A stretch of 64,000 bases of DNA from Octopus sinensis (lineage: Eukaryota), in contig NC_043001.1 in the NCBI RefSeq assembly GCF_006345805.1, positions 133,486,001 to 133,550,000 of the forward strand, in the 5' to 3' direction. Each line of letters opens with the position of its first letter. Within the stretch, counting starts at the first letter, position 1. Shown piece by piece: positions 25,135 through 37,735 of this stretch. The translations under genes and the position numbers were made by a program. Under the pieces are notes generated by a model. The model saw nothing but the letters and a program-made list of their open reading frames with translations. It was not told where the DNA came from and did not search any database.

Positions 25135-25413
25135 ACCGTGATCACCGTGATCGACCAGGCTATCAGATGTTGCTACACAATGCACTTCGCATTGTTTTAG
25201 CCTTCAAATGACGCCATCCCGCTGGCTAAATGAGCAGGCCAACAGAAGAAAGAGTGAGAGAAAGTTGTAGCGAAAGAGTACAGCAGGGATCGCCACCACC
25301 CTCTGCCGGAGACTCGTGGAGCTTTGGGTGTTTTCGCTCAATAAACACTGGGAATCGAAACCGCGATCCTACGACCGCGAGTCCGCTGCCCTAACCATTG
25401 GGCCATTGCGCCT

Positions 25414-25415
<2 letters not shown>
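25135..25415 (-). mobile_element. SINE with family-B head and a different 3' tail
   Basis: Matches B from the head to ...CAACTTTCTCTCACTCTT, then an unrelated tail ending in GATCACGGT repeats. Confidence 0.8.
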
Positions 25416-25448
<33 letters not shown>

Positions 25449-25458
25449 CATATATATG

Positions 25459-25494
<36 letters not shown>

Positions 25495-26505
25495 TGGGTG
25501 GGTGGGTGGGTGGGTGTGTAATGAATAGCTTCCTAGAATCTAAACCAGGATTCGAAACCGAATCTACATATTACTACCAGTTCTTTTCCTATTGTTCTTG
25601 GTTTTTGCACTTAGATATTAACGAGTGTCAATTGTCACTCTTAAGTCCTATTGTTGAAGTTAAGATTCTTAGAATAAGAAACGGAAAATCCTTTCTCTAG
25701 CCTGACCTAATTTTCTTACTGGTTTTTTTTTTTTTTTTTTACTAGTTTCAGCTAGTTTTACTAGTTTCACCACAGCTAAAAAGAAAGAAATTTCTTAGAA
25801 TAATCTCCATTCTCTTAACACAAAGGCTACTTGCATCAGTCTGTGCTTTAATGAAGATACTAACCAACACTTCCCAGTTACGCCAAATGGTGTCTGTCAT
25901 TGCATCAAAGAGTGATAGCAGAAAGGTTCGTTGCGATTCCTTAAATTTGTAATTTCTTCACTTGGTCTGAGGACTTTCCCTCTAGTGATAATGAGATAGG
26001 TTCATCACCGTTTGTGACTCGAATCAAAATCGCTTCTATCTCTTTGGTCACTTGGTGCCTTGCTAAAAAGCATTTATTTCTCTCTCTCTCTTCACTTATG
26101 GATTGTCATCGCGCAACAATACAACTTTCACTCTAGCTACTTATCAGCCCAGAGAAGTAAACTCTCTCTCCACTCTTTCTCTCCTTTTTTCATCATTCTT
26201 TTAGTTGTCAACTAAAGATGAAATTAACTACCTACAGAATGCACAGCAGAATCATTGTACTACAACTTACATTGTACTGTAAGATACAAGAAGTTGTATC
26301 TTACATTGTAACGATATGATAAAGGGCCATTTCAGTTAATGGTAATAATTTTCAGATCAATTTGGTTTGGCTGCCAGCATTTCAAAAATTAAAGTTTTTC
26401 CGAAAATTTAAAAATTCGGCACAATAATTTACTTTTCCAAGCTGAATTGCTGGAGTTATTTCACTTTTTCCAGAAAAATATTTTGAAAAAGTTATAGAGG
26501 TTTAA

Positions 26506-26726
26506 CCCTTTAGTGTTTGCATTATTCTACCAAAATTAATGCTTTTTCATCCACTTTGTTTTGAACTAATCATGCATTATCTTGTAGTTTTGAGATTTTG
26601 ATGAGGTAGCTGTTAATTTTTAAAACGATATTGTAGGGCTGGTGTGAGAGACCAGATCTGACCAGTTTGAACATAAAACAGGCAGAATACTTTTGGCCAG
26701 ATATGGCCGGTTTAAATGCTAAAGGG
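26506..26726. mobile_element. piggyBac-type MITE (family 1)
   Basis: TTAA-CCCTTTAG...CTAAAGGG-TTAA; reversed copy at 56032-56251. Confidence 0.85.
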
Positions 26727-27170
26727 TTAATGTTTGATCGTTTTCACCCATTCAAGAAACAGGATTTAGAAGCTGTCATTTTGTGCGGTGACTGCACATT
26801 TTGTCGTCAGTATCCTGAAAATAGAACGTGTTGTAAACAACACGTGTTGCATTGTTTGAAGCATTCAATAGGCATTTAATGCGATGGCACGAACTTAAGA
26901 AATTTATCCAAAAATCGTTATTTCGATATTACCTTTAGCACACCTCACAACCACCTCAATGACAAAAAAATACGAGTAAACAAGTAGTTTTAAGCATTCA
27001 ATATACATTTAATGCAAATGCGATGAACAACACGTTACAAATTAAATACAATTCTAAAAAAAAAAAAACATTTTGTTGACCAGTTCATATGCTCAATTCT
27101 CAACAGAAAGGTAAAATAAGTGGTTTCAATATATTTGTCAACACGTGCTTTCTCGCAGACAAAAGAGTTC

Positions 27171-27979
27171 GGATCTTTTCCTTTTGAACGGCAGTTTGTA
27201 ACATAATTTCAAGGTAACTAAAAAGTTTTAAACTTCGTATACTGGTAGAATGTGTTTATAAAACATCATTTTCTCTTGGTTTTATTGAGAAAATTTTATA
27301 GTTTGTAAGATATTTCGTCTGAAAATCCGAGCATTTCGGCAATTTTAACTAATCGATTACCTCTATTGAACTAAAATCATTTCTTCGTCTAAAACTGAGA
27401 CAACATCCTGTAACTAACCCTAAACCTCCCCCTAACCCTAACCCCAAATTTTTTTTCTTAATTGTTAAATTAATTTAATTGTTACGCGTGTAAAAAAAAT
27501 AAAGCAATGGAAAATAATTTAAACAATTAACAAAGAAAATAATTCTATAATTTTATACACACGCTTTCCGTACGTACACGGAAAGCGTGTGTTACGGAAA
27601 GCGTGTGTATAAAATTATAGAATTATTTTGTTTGTTAATTGCTTAAATTATTTTCCATTGCTTTAGTTTTTTTTACACGCGTAACAATTAAATTAATTTA
27701 ACAATTAAGAAAAAAATTTAAGGTTTGGGTTAGGGGGAGGTTTAGGGTTAGTTACAGGATGTTGTCTCAGTTTTAGACGCAGAAAATGATTTTAGCTCAA
27801 AAGAGAGCATAGGATTGGTTAAAATTCGAAAAATTAAACTACGTTAAACAAACAAATTACAATTTTCTCAAGAAATCCAAGAGAAAAAAATGTTTTATTT
27901 TGACACATTCTACCAGTATACGAAGTTTTAAAGTGTTTAGTTAACTAGAAATTGTCTGCCATTCAAAATGAAAAGATCC
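27171..27979. mobile_element. 809-bp fold-back (whole-element palindrome) MITE, family H
   Basis: Left half is the reverse complement of the right half about a centre near 27570. Termini GGATC/GATCC; 8-bp TSD AAGAGTTC at 27163-27170 and 27980-27987. Confidence 0.85.
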
Positions 27980-28297
27980 AAGAGTTCTCATGTTCCGCTC
28001 GTTACTATGGAAGCAAGCATGAATGTGATTGTGGCTTACGACTAGCGAAAATTACCAAAATTTTCAAAATTTATTTGCTAATAATTCTCTATTTATTGAT
28101 TTATAAAGAAAATGATTTTCACGTCATTAAATTGGCAATAAAAGTGTATCATTACACTGAATATGAAATCAATCCGAACTGAATTGATGCTGGCAGCCAA
28201 ACCGATTAGATCCTAATTCTCTTCTCTCATTTATTTGCCACATTTAATTCGTTACAAACACACCCATATACACACGTAAGTGCGTGCGTGCGTGCGT

Positions 28298-28337
<40 letters not shown>

Positions 28338-28634
28338 GAGAGAGAGAGAGACTAAGATCATTAGGACGAGCGGACAGATTTCTTTTCAGTAAATGTTTCG
28401 GCTCTCTGCATTCTGAGTTCAAATTCCGCCGAGGTCGATTTTGCCTTTCATGCTTCCAGGAGAATATAGATAAATTGCTGGTCGTCGACTGGAGTCGATA
28501 CTTCTCTTTCCTTCTGGTTTTTCCTCTTCTGAAAGAAATCAGCTGTGATTAGATCCGAAGAGGGACAGACCCCGAAGTTGAAATTACCAAAGACATTATA
28601 TGTCTCGATGCCCCCTACATTACGATTCTATCAG

Positions 28635-29011
28635 TGGAAGCACTCCGTCGGTTACGACGACGAGGGTTCCGATTGATCCGAATCAACAGAACAGCCTGCT
28701 CGTGAAATTAACGTGTAAGTGGCTGAGCACTCCACAGACACGTGTACCCTTAACGTAGTACTCGGGGATATTCAGCGTGACACAGAGAGTGACAAGGCCG
28801 GCCCCTTGAAATACAGGTACAACAGAAACAGGAAGTAAGAGTGAGAGAAAGTTGTGGTGAAAGAGTACAGCAGGGATCACCACCATCCCCTGCCGGAGCC
28901 TCGTGGAGCTTTTAGGTGTTTTCGCTCAATAAACACTCACAACGCCCGGTCTGGGAATCGAAACCGCGATCCTATGACCGCGAGTCCGCTGCCCTAACCA
29001 CTAAGCCATTG
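28635..29011 (-). mobile_element. SINE family B
   Basis: Reverse complement of the 8942 copy. Confidence 0.9.
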
Positions 29012-29348
29012 CTGCTGTGTTGTCTCCCTGCCGGGTTTTACTCCGTCGGGTCCGTGGCTCTCTCTCTCTAGTTCCCTTCAGCTCACTGTTTCTGTCAGCC
29101 TACGGAGCACTGGCATTTATAGTGGCCCGTTCCAGCTAGAAGGATGGATATACCATGATAAGAGTAGCCTATACACATTTAGGTCACTTGCTGTCCATTT
29201 GAACTTTCCGTGACACAGCCAGGTCGGAGATCAAGTGGAAACACATCAATCAGTGTTCCTTTTCACAAAACATTTTCCCGATTGCTTTGACACAAGAGAA
29301 TTTTTGGATTCGATTTCGAATCTCAGCCAGGAAGAGAAATTCAGTTTC

Positions 29349-29768
29349 TACTCTTTACTCTTTACTCTTTTACTTGTTTCAGTCATTTGACTGCGGCCAT
29401 GCTGGAGCACCGCCTTTAGTCGAGCAAATCGACCCCGGGACTTATTCTTTGTAAGCCCAGTACTTATTCTATCGGTCTCTTTTGCCGAACCGCTAGGTGA
29501 CGGGGACGTAAACACACCAGCATCAGTTGTCAAGCAATGCTAGGGAGACAAACACAGACACACAAACATATACACACACACTTATATATATATATACATA
29601 TATACGATAGGCTTCTTTCAGTTTCCGTCTACCAAATCCACTCACAAGGCATTGGTCGGCCCGGGGCTATAGCAGAAGACACTTGCCCAAGATGCCACGC
29701 AGTGGGACTGAACCCGGAACCATGTGGTTGGTTAGCAAGCTACTTACCACACAGCCACTCCTGCGCCT
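29349..29768 (-). mobile_element. SINE family A, full length
   Basis: Near-identical to 10892-11320 in reverse. Confidence 0.92.
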
Positions 29769-29892
29769 ACATATATAATTTTTTTTTTTTTATCAACAGT
29801 TCGTTCAGTCAGTGTGGATCTTTTCAGTTTGAACAGCAGTTTTTTCTAGCGGTGTCATATGAAATTATCACCCATAATTATGACCCTAGTAT

Positions 29893-30234
29893 CGATCCAT
29901 TGCATTTCAATCTGTTTTAGGGTTAGGGTTAGGGTTAGGGGTGGGTGGAAGGGTATCTTTTTTTCTTCACAAATGTAAATAAACCCAATCTGTTTCTTAA
30001 ACGAGGCACATATTCATACGGCACAGAATGGTTTTTGACTCAATAGACGTCAGTGATTGGTTGAAATTGCAGAAATTGAAGAAGAAAAACAACAAACATC
30101 TTACAAACTATAGAATTTTCTCAATAAAGTCAAGAGAAAAAGATGTTTATAAACACATTCTACCAGTATACGAAGTTTAAAATTTTAGTTACATAGAAAT
30201 TATGTTAAAACTGCCGTTCAAACCGAAAAGATCC
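29893..30234. mobile_element. Family H single-arm copy with (TTAGGG)4
   Basis: Ends ...CATTCTACCAGTATACGAAG...AACTGCCGTTCAAACCGAAAAGATCC, like the right arm of 27171-27979. Confidence 0.75.
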
Positions 30235-30244
30235 GTCAGTGTAG

Positions 30245-31240
30245 TCTCTATCAAAAGCAATGCATTTGCATTTTCGGGTGTACACTTCTTTACGGTCAAT
30301 TTTCATCTTGTCTAAATTATCAAGTCATTGTCTCTGAAGGCTGTTCTTGATCGAACCGAGCAGACTGAAGTCAGACGATACTAGATCCGGGTCGTACATT
30401 GGACGGTGAAGTACCGATTAGCCAATTGCAGATCTATTGTCAAAAATGAGTGTGGTTGCACATTGTCATGGTGAAGGGAGATTGTTTTTAGATTCTTGAT
30501 CGGTCTCTTCCACCTTAGAGAATCTAAGCTTTTGATCGTTTCAGTGTGACTCTCATTATTCACGGAACAGCCAAGTTGCAGGAATTCAAGGAGAAAGATA
30601 CCTTCTCAAATTCTCGTCGCCATGACATTCTCTGACGATTAGTGGTTTTTTAATTTCATACGTCTTGAAGAAGGGTGTGACGCCATTCTATGAGTTGAAC
30701 CTTCGTTCCCAGCTCATCCACGTTCCATCCTCAGTCAGCAGATTAGGAAAGAATGTGTCTTCATTGGTTTCCAACACTCATCAGATAAGTGCAGACTATT
30801 GCCCTTCTCTCCTTCAAATGGGTATCAGCTGCCATGGAAATCACTTTATCCACACTTTCTGGTACCCAAAGTCTTCCACCACAGTCCACTTATGCAACAA
30901 CCTCACAGATTGTGACTCACCTGTATGCGAATCAATCCACCCACTCAGTAGTGATTCATATTAGTAGTGGCAGTTGATGCATACTTTATCCTAAATACTG
31001 ATTTCGACTTCATTCAACTTTGTCATTCACCTATGTGCATTGCTCTTGTCAACGGTGTCATTTTTTAAAGGCAACTGCAATCTTCTGTGAATGTTGGACA
31101 TCACGTATGTCTTCCTTCATAAAGAACTCGATGACAGGACGTTGCTTTGTTGCTGTCTACAACTCAATATTTGTCTGAGTCGAAGAACGAGAAGAGTTAC
31201 TATAGAGGAAGAATCACTCTATCAACATGGACAATTTAAA
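30245..31240 (-). pseudogene. mariner transposase remnant
   Basis: IHRRLQ...DTVDKSNAHR (HTH), LHHDNVQPH, and HRPMYDPDLVSSDFSLLG (YSPDLAPSD-like). Confidence 0.75.
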
Positions 31241-32048
31241 TTCCCTATGTCAGTTAATAAAAATGAATGGTTTTGCTCTATATTTGATATAACTCCTGCG
31301 TGCGTGCGTGTCTCATCCATATCATTTTGTTTCATTTCATCTCATCTTGTCCATGTCCAGCCCACAAGCTTCTCTTTGTAAGGCCTATATGGCCAATTTA
31401 ATGAAATAAAGAAGCTTGCTTCCCAACTACATGATTCTGAGTTCAGTCCCACAGTGTGGTACCTTCAGCAAGTGTCTTCTACTGTAGCCTCAGTTCAACC
31501 AAAGCCTTGTGTGTGGATTTGGTAGACAGAAACTAGAAGAAGCCCGTCATGTGTGTGTGTGTGTGTGTCTTTATGCCTATGTTTGTCCCATACCACTGCT
31601 TGACAACTGTTGCTGACAACTGTGACAGAAAGAGAGATGCAGAATTTTTTAAAATTTGCTATCTCGAACGTATATTTTATGTTTAAAACCTAATGAAGTC
31701 CTACAGGGAAATGAAACCTCGACGTCTGAACCGCAAGTTTTTAGATCAACACGATACCCTTATATCAAAACTCTTAATTCTTTGTGAAAGTTCGTTTAAC
31801 TTGTTACCATGGGATATTAAGAAGAAACAGCTTAAGTCACTGAGCAACTACGCCTTATTTTATACGGTGTGAACTAATTAGCTTTGGGAAGTTAATTTGA
31901 CAAATTTTCAGCGCAGTAAGATTATTATTTTAAACATTTTTAAAATTATCAAGACGACCATGGTAAAACCGGATATTAAATTGAGGAGAAGAAGAATGTT
32001 AATGATCGTATTGGTAGTCGTTGTAGTGATTATGGTGGTAATGGTTGA

Positions 32049-32049
<1 letters not shown>

Positions 32050-32115
<66 letters not shown>

Positions 32116-32162
32116 GTGATGGTGATGATGATGATGATGACGATGACGACGACGACGACGAC
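32050..32162. repeat. (GAT)n/(GAC)n microsatellite
   Basis: Read directly. Confidence 0.95.
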
Positions 32163-32739
32163 GCCAGTGGTATTGGGGTTATGATTCTTTGTGCAGTACA
32201 ACACTGTACATGATAAACTTTGTGCAGAATAGCACTAACATGCCCCATGAGAGTCTTCACACAATATCACTATGTACTCAATGACATTAAGTACACTATG
32301 GTACTATGTGCAATTATGACAGCATATGCACTACGGTATTAAGGGCAACGTCCCGCTATAAACAATAAGGTGCCATGTGCAATATGTGCACTATTGCTCA
32401 ATTTGCAGTACGATAGTTTGTGAATCAAGACTGTAAGTGCATCATGGCACAATGTGCACTATATTAGCATATGCAGTATAACACTATGTACAAGTTAATG
32501 TACTCTGACACTATGTGCAGTATAGCAGTATGTGCAAATCAACAATAATGTGATGTGCAATATGATAGTATGTGCACTATGGTACTATGTGCACTATGGT
32601 ACTGTGTGCACTACGGTACTCTATGCATTGACAGAATGTACAGAATAACATTCTGCACTATGATAGTATATTCTCAATATTTGCACTATGACAGTATGTA
32701 AACTATGACAGTATAAACAGTATGCTAGTATGTACCACT

Positions 32740-33465
32740 AAGAGATGTGCTCAACTGGTGAAGGTCAAGCAGCCGATAAACAAATCTGTGGTATTAAGCA
32801 GAATATTTGCTGTAGCCCATCTTTTACACCAAGACAACACTTATACATGATAACGCTTCCAGTCAGTTAAGATCTGAAGCCATTAGAGCCACTGTCTGAA
32901 ACTGCATCAAGTTACTGGGACTGCTATTGAGTAAAAGAGCAGCACATTCCATCAAAGTGACGCTGGGGTACAAATATACGAAGCCCAATATACTCATCAT
33001 GACTACCCCTCTGATAAGGGTACACCAGGAACATGCATCACAACCATATAGGCGTGATATGGTAAATTCATGTCAAGATAAACACTGCATGACCTTGCAG
33101 GTGGAGCCCAGTTAGAATTTTCTTCAAGTTGAGCAGCCCATCCCACTCAAAAAGTCCCAGAATAAAAGTTGCTTAAGGATGTTGAACAAAACATCCATGT
33201 TTCCAGAGGTGAATTATTCAAACCCCAAAGAATTCCTCTCAATACATGGCTATAATGCTCCCCAACTACTTCTGCTCATGATTAGAAATGCACATACTGT
33301 CAGCCACCAAAGAGACATGCTCAACTAGTTACGGTCAAACGACCAACAAGCAAATCTGTGGTATTGAGCAGAATATTTGCTGCAGCCCATCTTTTACACC
33401 AAGACAAAATGTGTACATGAAAATACTTTCAATCAGTTAAGATCAGCACCCATGAGAGCCAGTGC
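32740..33465 (-). mobile_element. Family G (~555-bp element): one partial and one near-complete tandem copy
   Basis: 32740-32910 and 32927-33465 align by eye to 35355-35909. Confidence 0.8.
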
Positions 33466-35326
33466 TTCGAGCAGGTCTATCCATGACCACCTCCACCTTA
33501 TGCGATACATCATAGAGAGGGCTGGGATCCCAGCTGGCTTCGGGGTGCTCTGATTCATTTGTATCAATCAAAAGCATTCGATTGGGTCAACCATCGCCAC
33601 TTGGAAGCCGTCGTAAAATCAGGCGGTTTCGGACCCGTTTTCAGAGGCTGGATCGCTGCAATGCACAGCGGCACCTGTTCAGTGGTCAAAGTAAACGGCC
33701 ACCTATCGGAGCCGTTTGGCATCGCACGCTCGGCCCATCATGGCTGCCCGCTGTCACCTCTTCTATACCTATTGACACTCGAGCCACTGTTCCGGAAGTT
33801 GGAATAGCTAAGCGGCATCCCTTTCGAACTGGAACAAGGATTGGCAGTATCAGCATACACGGACGACGTCACTGTCATGGTGTCGGACGCCCCTGAAGTG
33901 GAGACGGTCGGCACCATTCTAAAAGAATATGAGTCGGTTGCAGAGGCTAAAATCAACGCCAACAAATCGGTTGATTTGCGGTTGGGCTCCTGGAGAAGCA
34001 GGACGATGCCATCAGACGGTGTCGTTGAATACTGGACCGACGGACCGATTAAAGTGCTCAGGGTCTGGTTTGGTCGTGACCTCCAGGTTGATAAGAACTG
34101 GGACTAGATGACGAACCGGTCAGTCTGTTGCCAACATCCTCTGAGTGGCGGATTAGGTATGCTGTGGCTCCTAGTGCGCAGACACGCACTCAGGTTACAC
34201 AACCTGCAACGATTTCTGGATGGGGAGCGTGTGTGGGCGCCGTTTGTGAGGTTCGTCTTTCGTAGCTCATCTCATTGACGGAGCTGCAATCCTGGGTGAA
34301 GAAAAGACCGATACTGGGCGCCTGGTACCTAGATTATCGTCAGGCGCTCACAACCCTCTACCAGTCGGGCAATGGGATCACTGGACGTTCTGCTTTAGAA
34401 TTTTATGGAAGATTATTGGTGGGGAAATGCGACGACGCTCTTGGGGAGACTCTGGGCACCGACGAGAACGAACTGGCTAGTCTGTTCTGGAGGACTTTCT
34501 TGTCGGGAACTATCATGGATAATTTCCTGATGTTCTTGCCCTGTCAGTGCTACCGGAGTGCGTTACCGGTTCCTGATAAATTCTACAGGCATGGATGTGA
34601 TGTCAGACGGACTTGTCGGGGTGTGCGCAGGGTGGCAAAACTGTTCTGCATACTCTTGTTCAGTGTCTGGGCATTGCTGACTTGTGGGGTTGTGTTGAAC
34701 AGCTGCTATCATGCGTGGGACGGATCCATCTGTCAGCCGAGTCTATAGTTAAGATCATGCCACCGCCTGCCTTCAGTTGGGCAAACAAGACAGATTTCCT
34801 TTGCCCGGTGGCTATAGCGAAAGAGGTTGTTTGGTGGACAAGGCTGAAAGGCATGAGAACAGACACATTTCTCTTTGGTAGAGCTCTCATTGACTTTTTC
34901 AAGTTTCACTTGAAAAGGAAATTGAGAGTGGAGAGGGAAGTGCTATCCTTGAGTGAGTTTATTGAAAGGTGGGTGAAAGTTGCGAAAATGGCAAGAGTGG
35001 ATGGTATCTAAGTGTAGACCTGTGAGTTGGAGAGAAGGAATTGTTGAGGGCACTTGCTCCTAGTGTTTCAGGGAAATCTTGGACAGTGGGGTTCTTTATC
35101 CCTAGAGGCATTCCTGTATCAGGAGGGTCACATCTCTATCATCCTCCCTGATATTTTTTTCTTTACCTTTGTATGCTATGCATATGTCCCTTCTTTTTCA
35201 GTGTACACTGTGTATACTTACCTTTTTTTTTTTATCATTTCATTATTATATGTAAATCACCACACCTTTATGTTTGTCTCTGTATTGTCCCCCTCATCCT
35301 TCGCCCTTGTGGCAAATAAATGAAAT
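33466..35326 (+). mobile_element. 5'-truncated Tx1/L1-clade LINE (RT and C-terminus, pseudogenised)
   Basis: KAFDWVNH, HGCPLSPLLYLLTLEP and SAYTDDV (YADD) motifs; C-terminal ...LIDFFKFHLKRKLRVERE...; 3' end GCCCTTGTGGCAAATAAATGAAAT. Confidence 0.9.
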
Positions 35327-35354
35327 CATTATTATTATTATTATTATTATTATT

Positions 35355-35909
35355 GAGTGAGAGAACAGTGCATGCCATCAAAGTGACACTGAGGTAAAAT
35401 ATACGAAGCCCAGGATACCCATCATGACTACCTGTCTGATAAGGGTACACTAAGCACATGCATCACAACCATATGTGCGTGACATGGTGATCTCATATCA
35501 AGATAAACAGCGCATGATCTTGCAGGTGGGGCCCAGTTAGAATTTTCTTCTTGTCTAGTAACCCATCTCACTCAAAAGATCCCTGAATAAAGGTTGTTTA
35601 AGGATGTTTAACGAACCACCCATGTTTCCAGAGGTGAATTATTCAAACACCAAAGAATCCCTCTCAACATATGGCTATGATGCTCCCCCACTACTTCTGC
35701 TCATGATCAGAGATGCACATATCATCAGCCACTCAGGGACATGCTCAACTGGTTAAGGTCAAGCAACTGACAAGCAAATCTGTGGTATTGAGCAGAATAT
35801 TTGCTGTAGCCCATCTTTTATACCAAGACAAAACAATGTACATGATAACACTTCCAATCAGTTAAGATCAGAAGCCATGAGAGCCACTGCCTGGTACTGC
35901 ATCAGGGCA
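35355..35909 (-). mobile_element. Family G complete copy, flanked on both sides by (ATT)n
   Basis: (ATT)n at 35326-35354 and from 35910; no tRNA boxes, no ORF. Confidence 0.8.
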
Positions 35910-35920
35910 TTTATTATTAC

Positions 35921-35956
<36 letters not shown>

Positions 35957-36068
35957 CAGCATCTTCTTCATCATCATCATCATCATCATCATTATTATTA
36001 TTATTATTATTATTATATTATTATTATTATTATCAGCATCTTCTTCATCATCATCATCATCATCATCA

Positions 36069-36102
<34 letters not shown>

Positions 36103-36479
36103 ATTCATTAGCATTTAACTAATTCACGAAACGATTGTTCATCAATCATTTGGTGAATCAGTCACTCTGCTCGGTTTGCTTAAATTTTTTCAACACTCAA
36201 ATTCACATTATTATTGAATCTTGTAAACCAAATGCGAAAACAAAATATTCTAAGCTCAAGCTAACTAGATCCTGAAAAACATTGTGTTCTGCAGCTTCAA
36301 GATCTAAATAGCCACCCAACAGCTTCAGTTGTTAAAAGAATGCATCAACTCCTAGCTGCATCCCAACTACATCAATTTGGCAATAAATATAAATATAGAG
36401 CCTTTAAACTAGAAGACAGGCAGACACACCTGAAGCACACCTGGAGCAGAGAGGGTATGTCATTAATGATATCATGAAC

Positions 36480-36898
36480 AGGCGCAGGAGTGGCTGTGTG
36501 GTAAGTAGCTTGCTAACCAACCACATGGTTCCGGCTTCAGTCCCACTGCGTGGCATCTTGGGCAAGTGTCTTCTGCTATAGCCCCGGGCCGACCAATGCC
36601 TTGTGAGTGGATTTGGTAGACGGAAACTGAAAGAAGCCTGTCGTATATATGTATATATATATATATATGTATGTATGTGTATGTGTTTGTGTGTCTGTGT
36701 TTGTACGCCTAGCATTGCTTGATAACCGATGCTGGTGTGTTTACGTCCCCGTCACTTAGCGGTTCGGCAAAAGAGACTGATAGAATAAGTACTGGGCTTA
36801 TAAAGGATAAGTCCCGGGGTCAATTTGCTCGACTAAAGGCGGTGCTCCAGCATGGCAGCAGTCAAATGACTGAAACATGTAAAAGAGTAAAAGAGTAA
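36480..36898 (+). mobile_element. SINE family A, full length
   Basis: Head, body and tail as above. Confidence 0.92.
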
Positions 36899-37219
36899 CA
36901 AAATTTTTTGACAAACCTGACTGATTGACTAACCAAACGATTCATCAAGCATTTGATTAGTTAATTTATTAAAAGTTAACAAATTGAGTAATAATAATGA
37001 AAGAACCAGTACATGTGTTTATTATTTGTGTAATCGCCTTCTTGATTCACAACAGAATAGGTTTCAACATATGAGTTCACATCAAGAATTTTGTAAACCA
37101 ATTGTAAAAAAACTAAGGGTGTCCAGTGCTCGAAACCATACCAAAGCAGACATTAGAGCCTGGTACAGCCCTCTCTGGCTTGTCAGTTCATGTCAAATTG
37201 TCCAATCCATGCCAAGAAG

Positions 37220-37735
<516 letters not shown>

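Noticed and set aside
26357-28207. ~22-bp inverted match (GGTTTGGCTGCCAGCAT) as TIRs of a larger element
   Set aside because: Termini and TSD could not be defined by eye.
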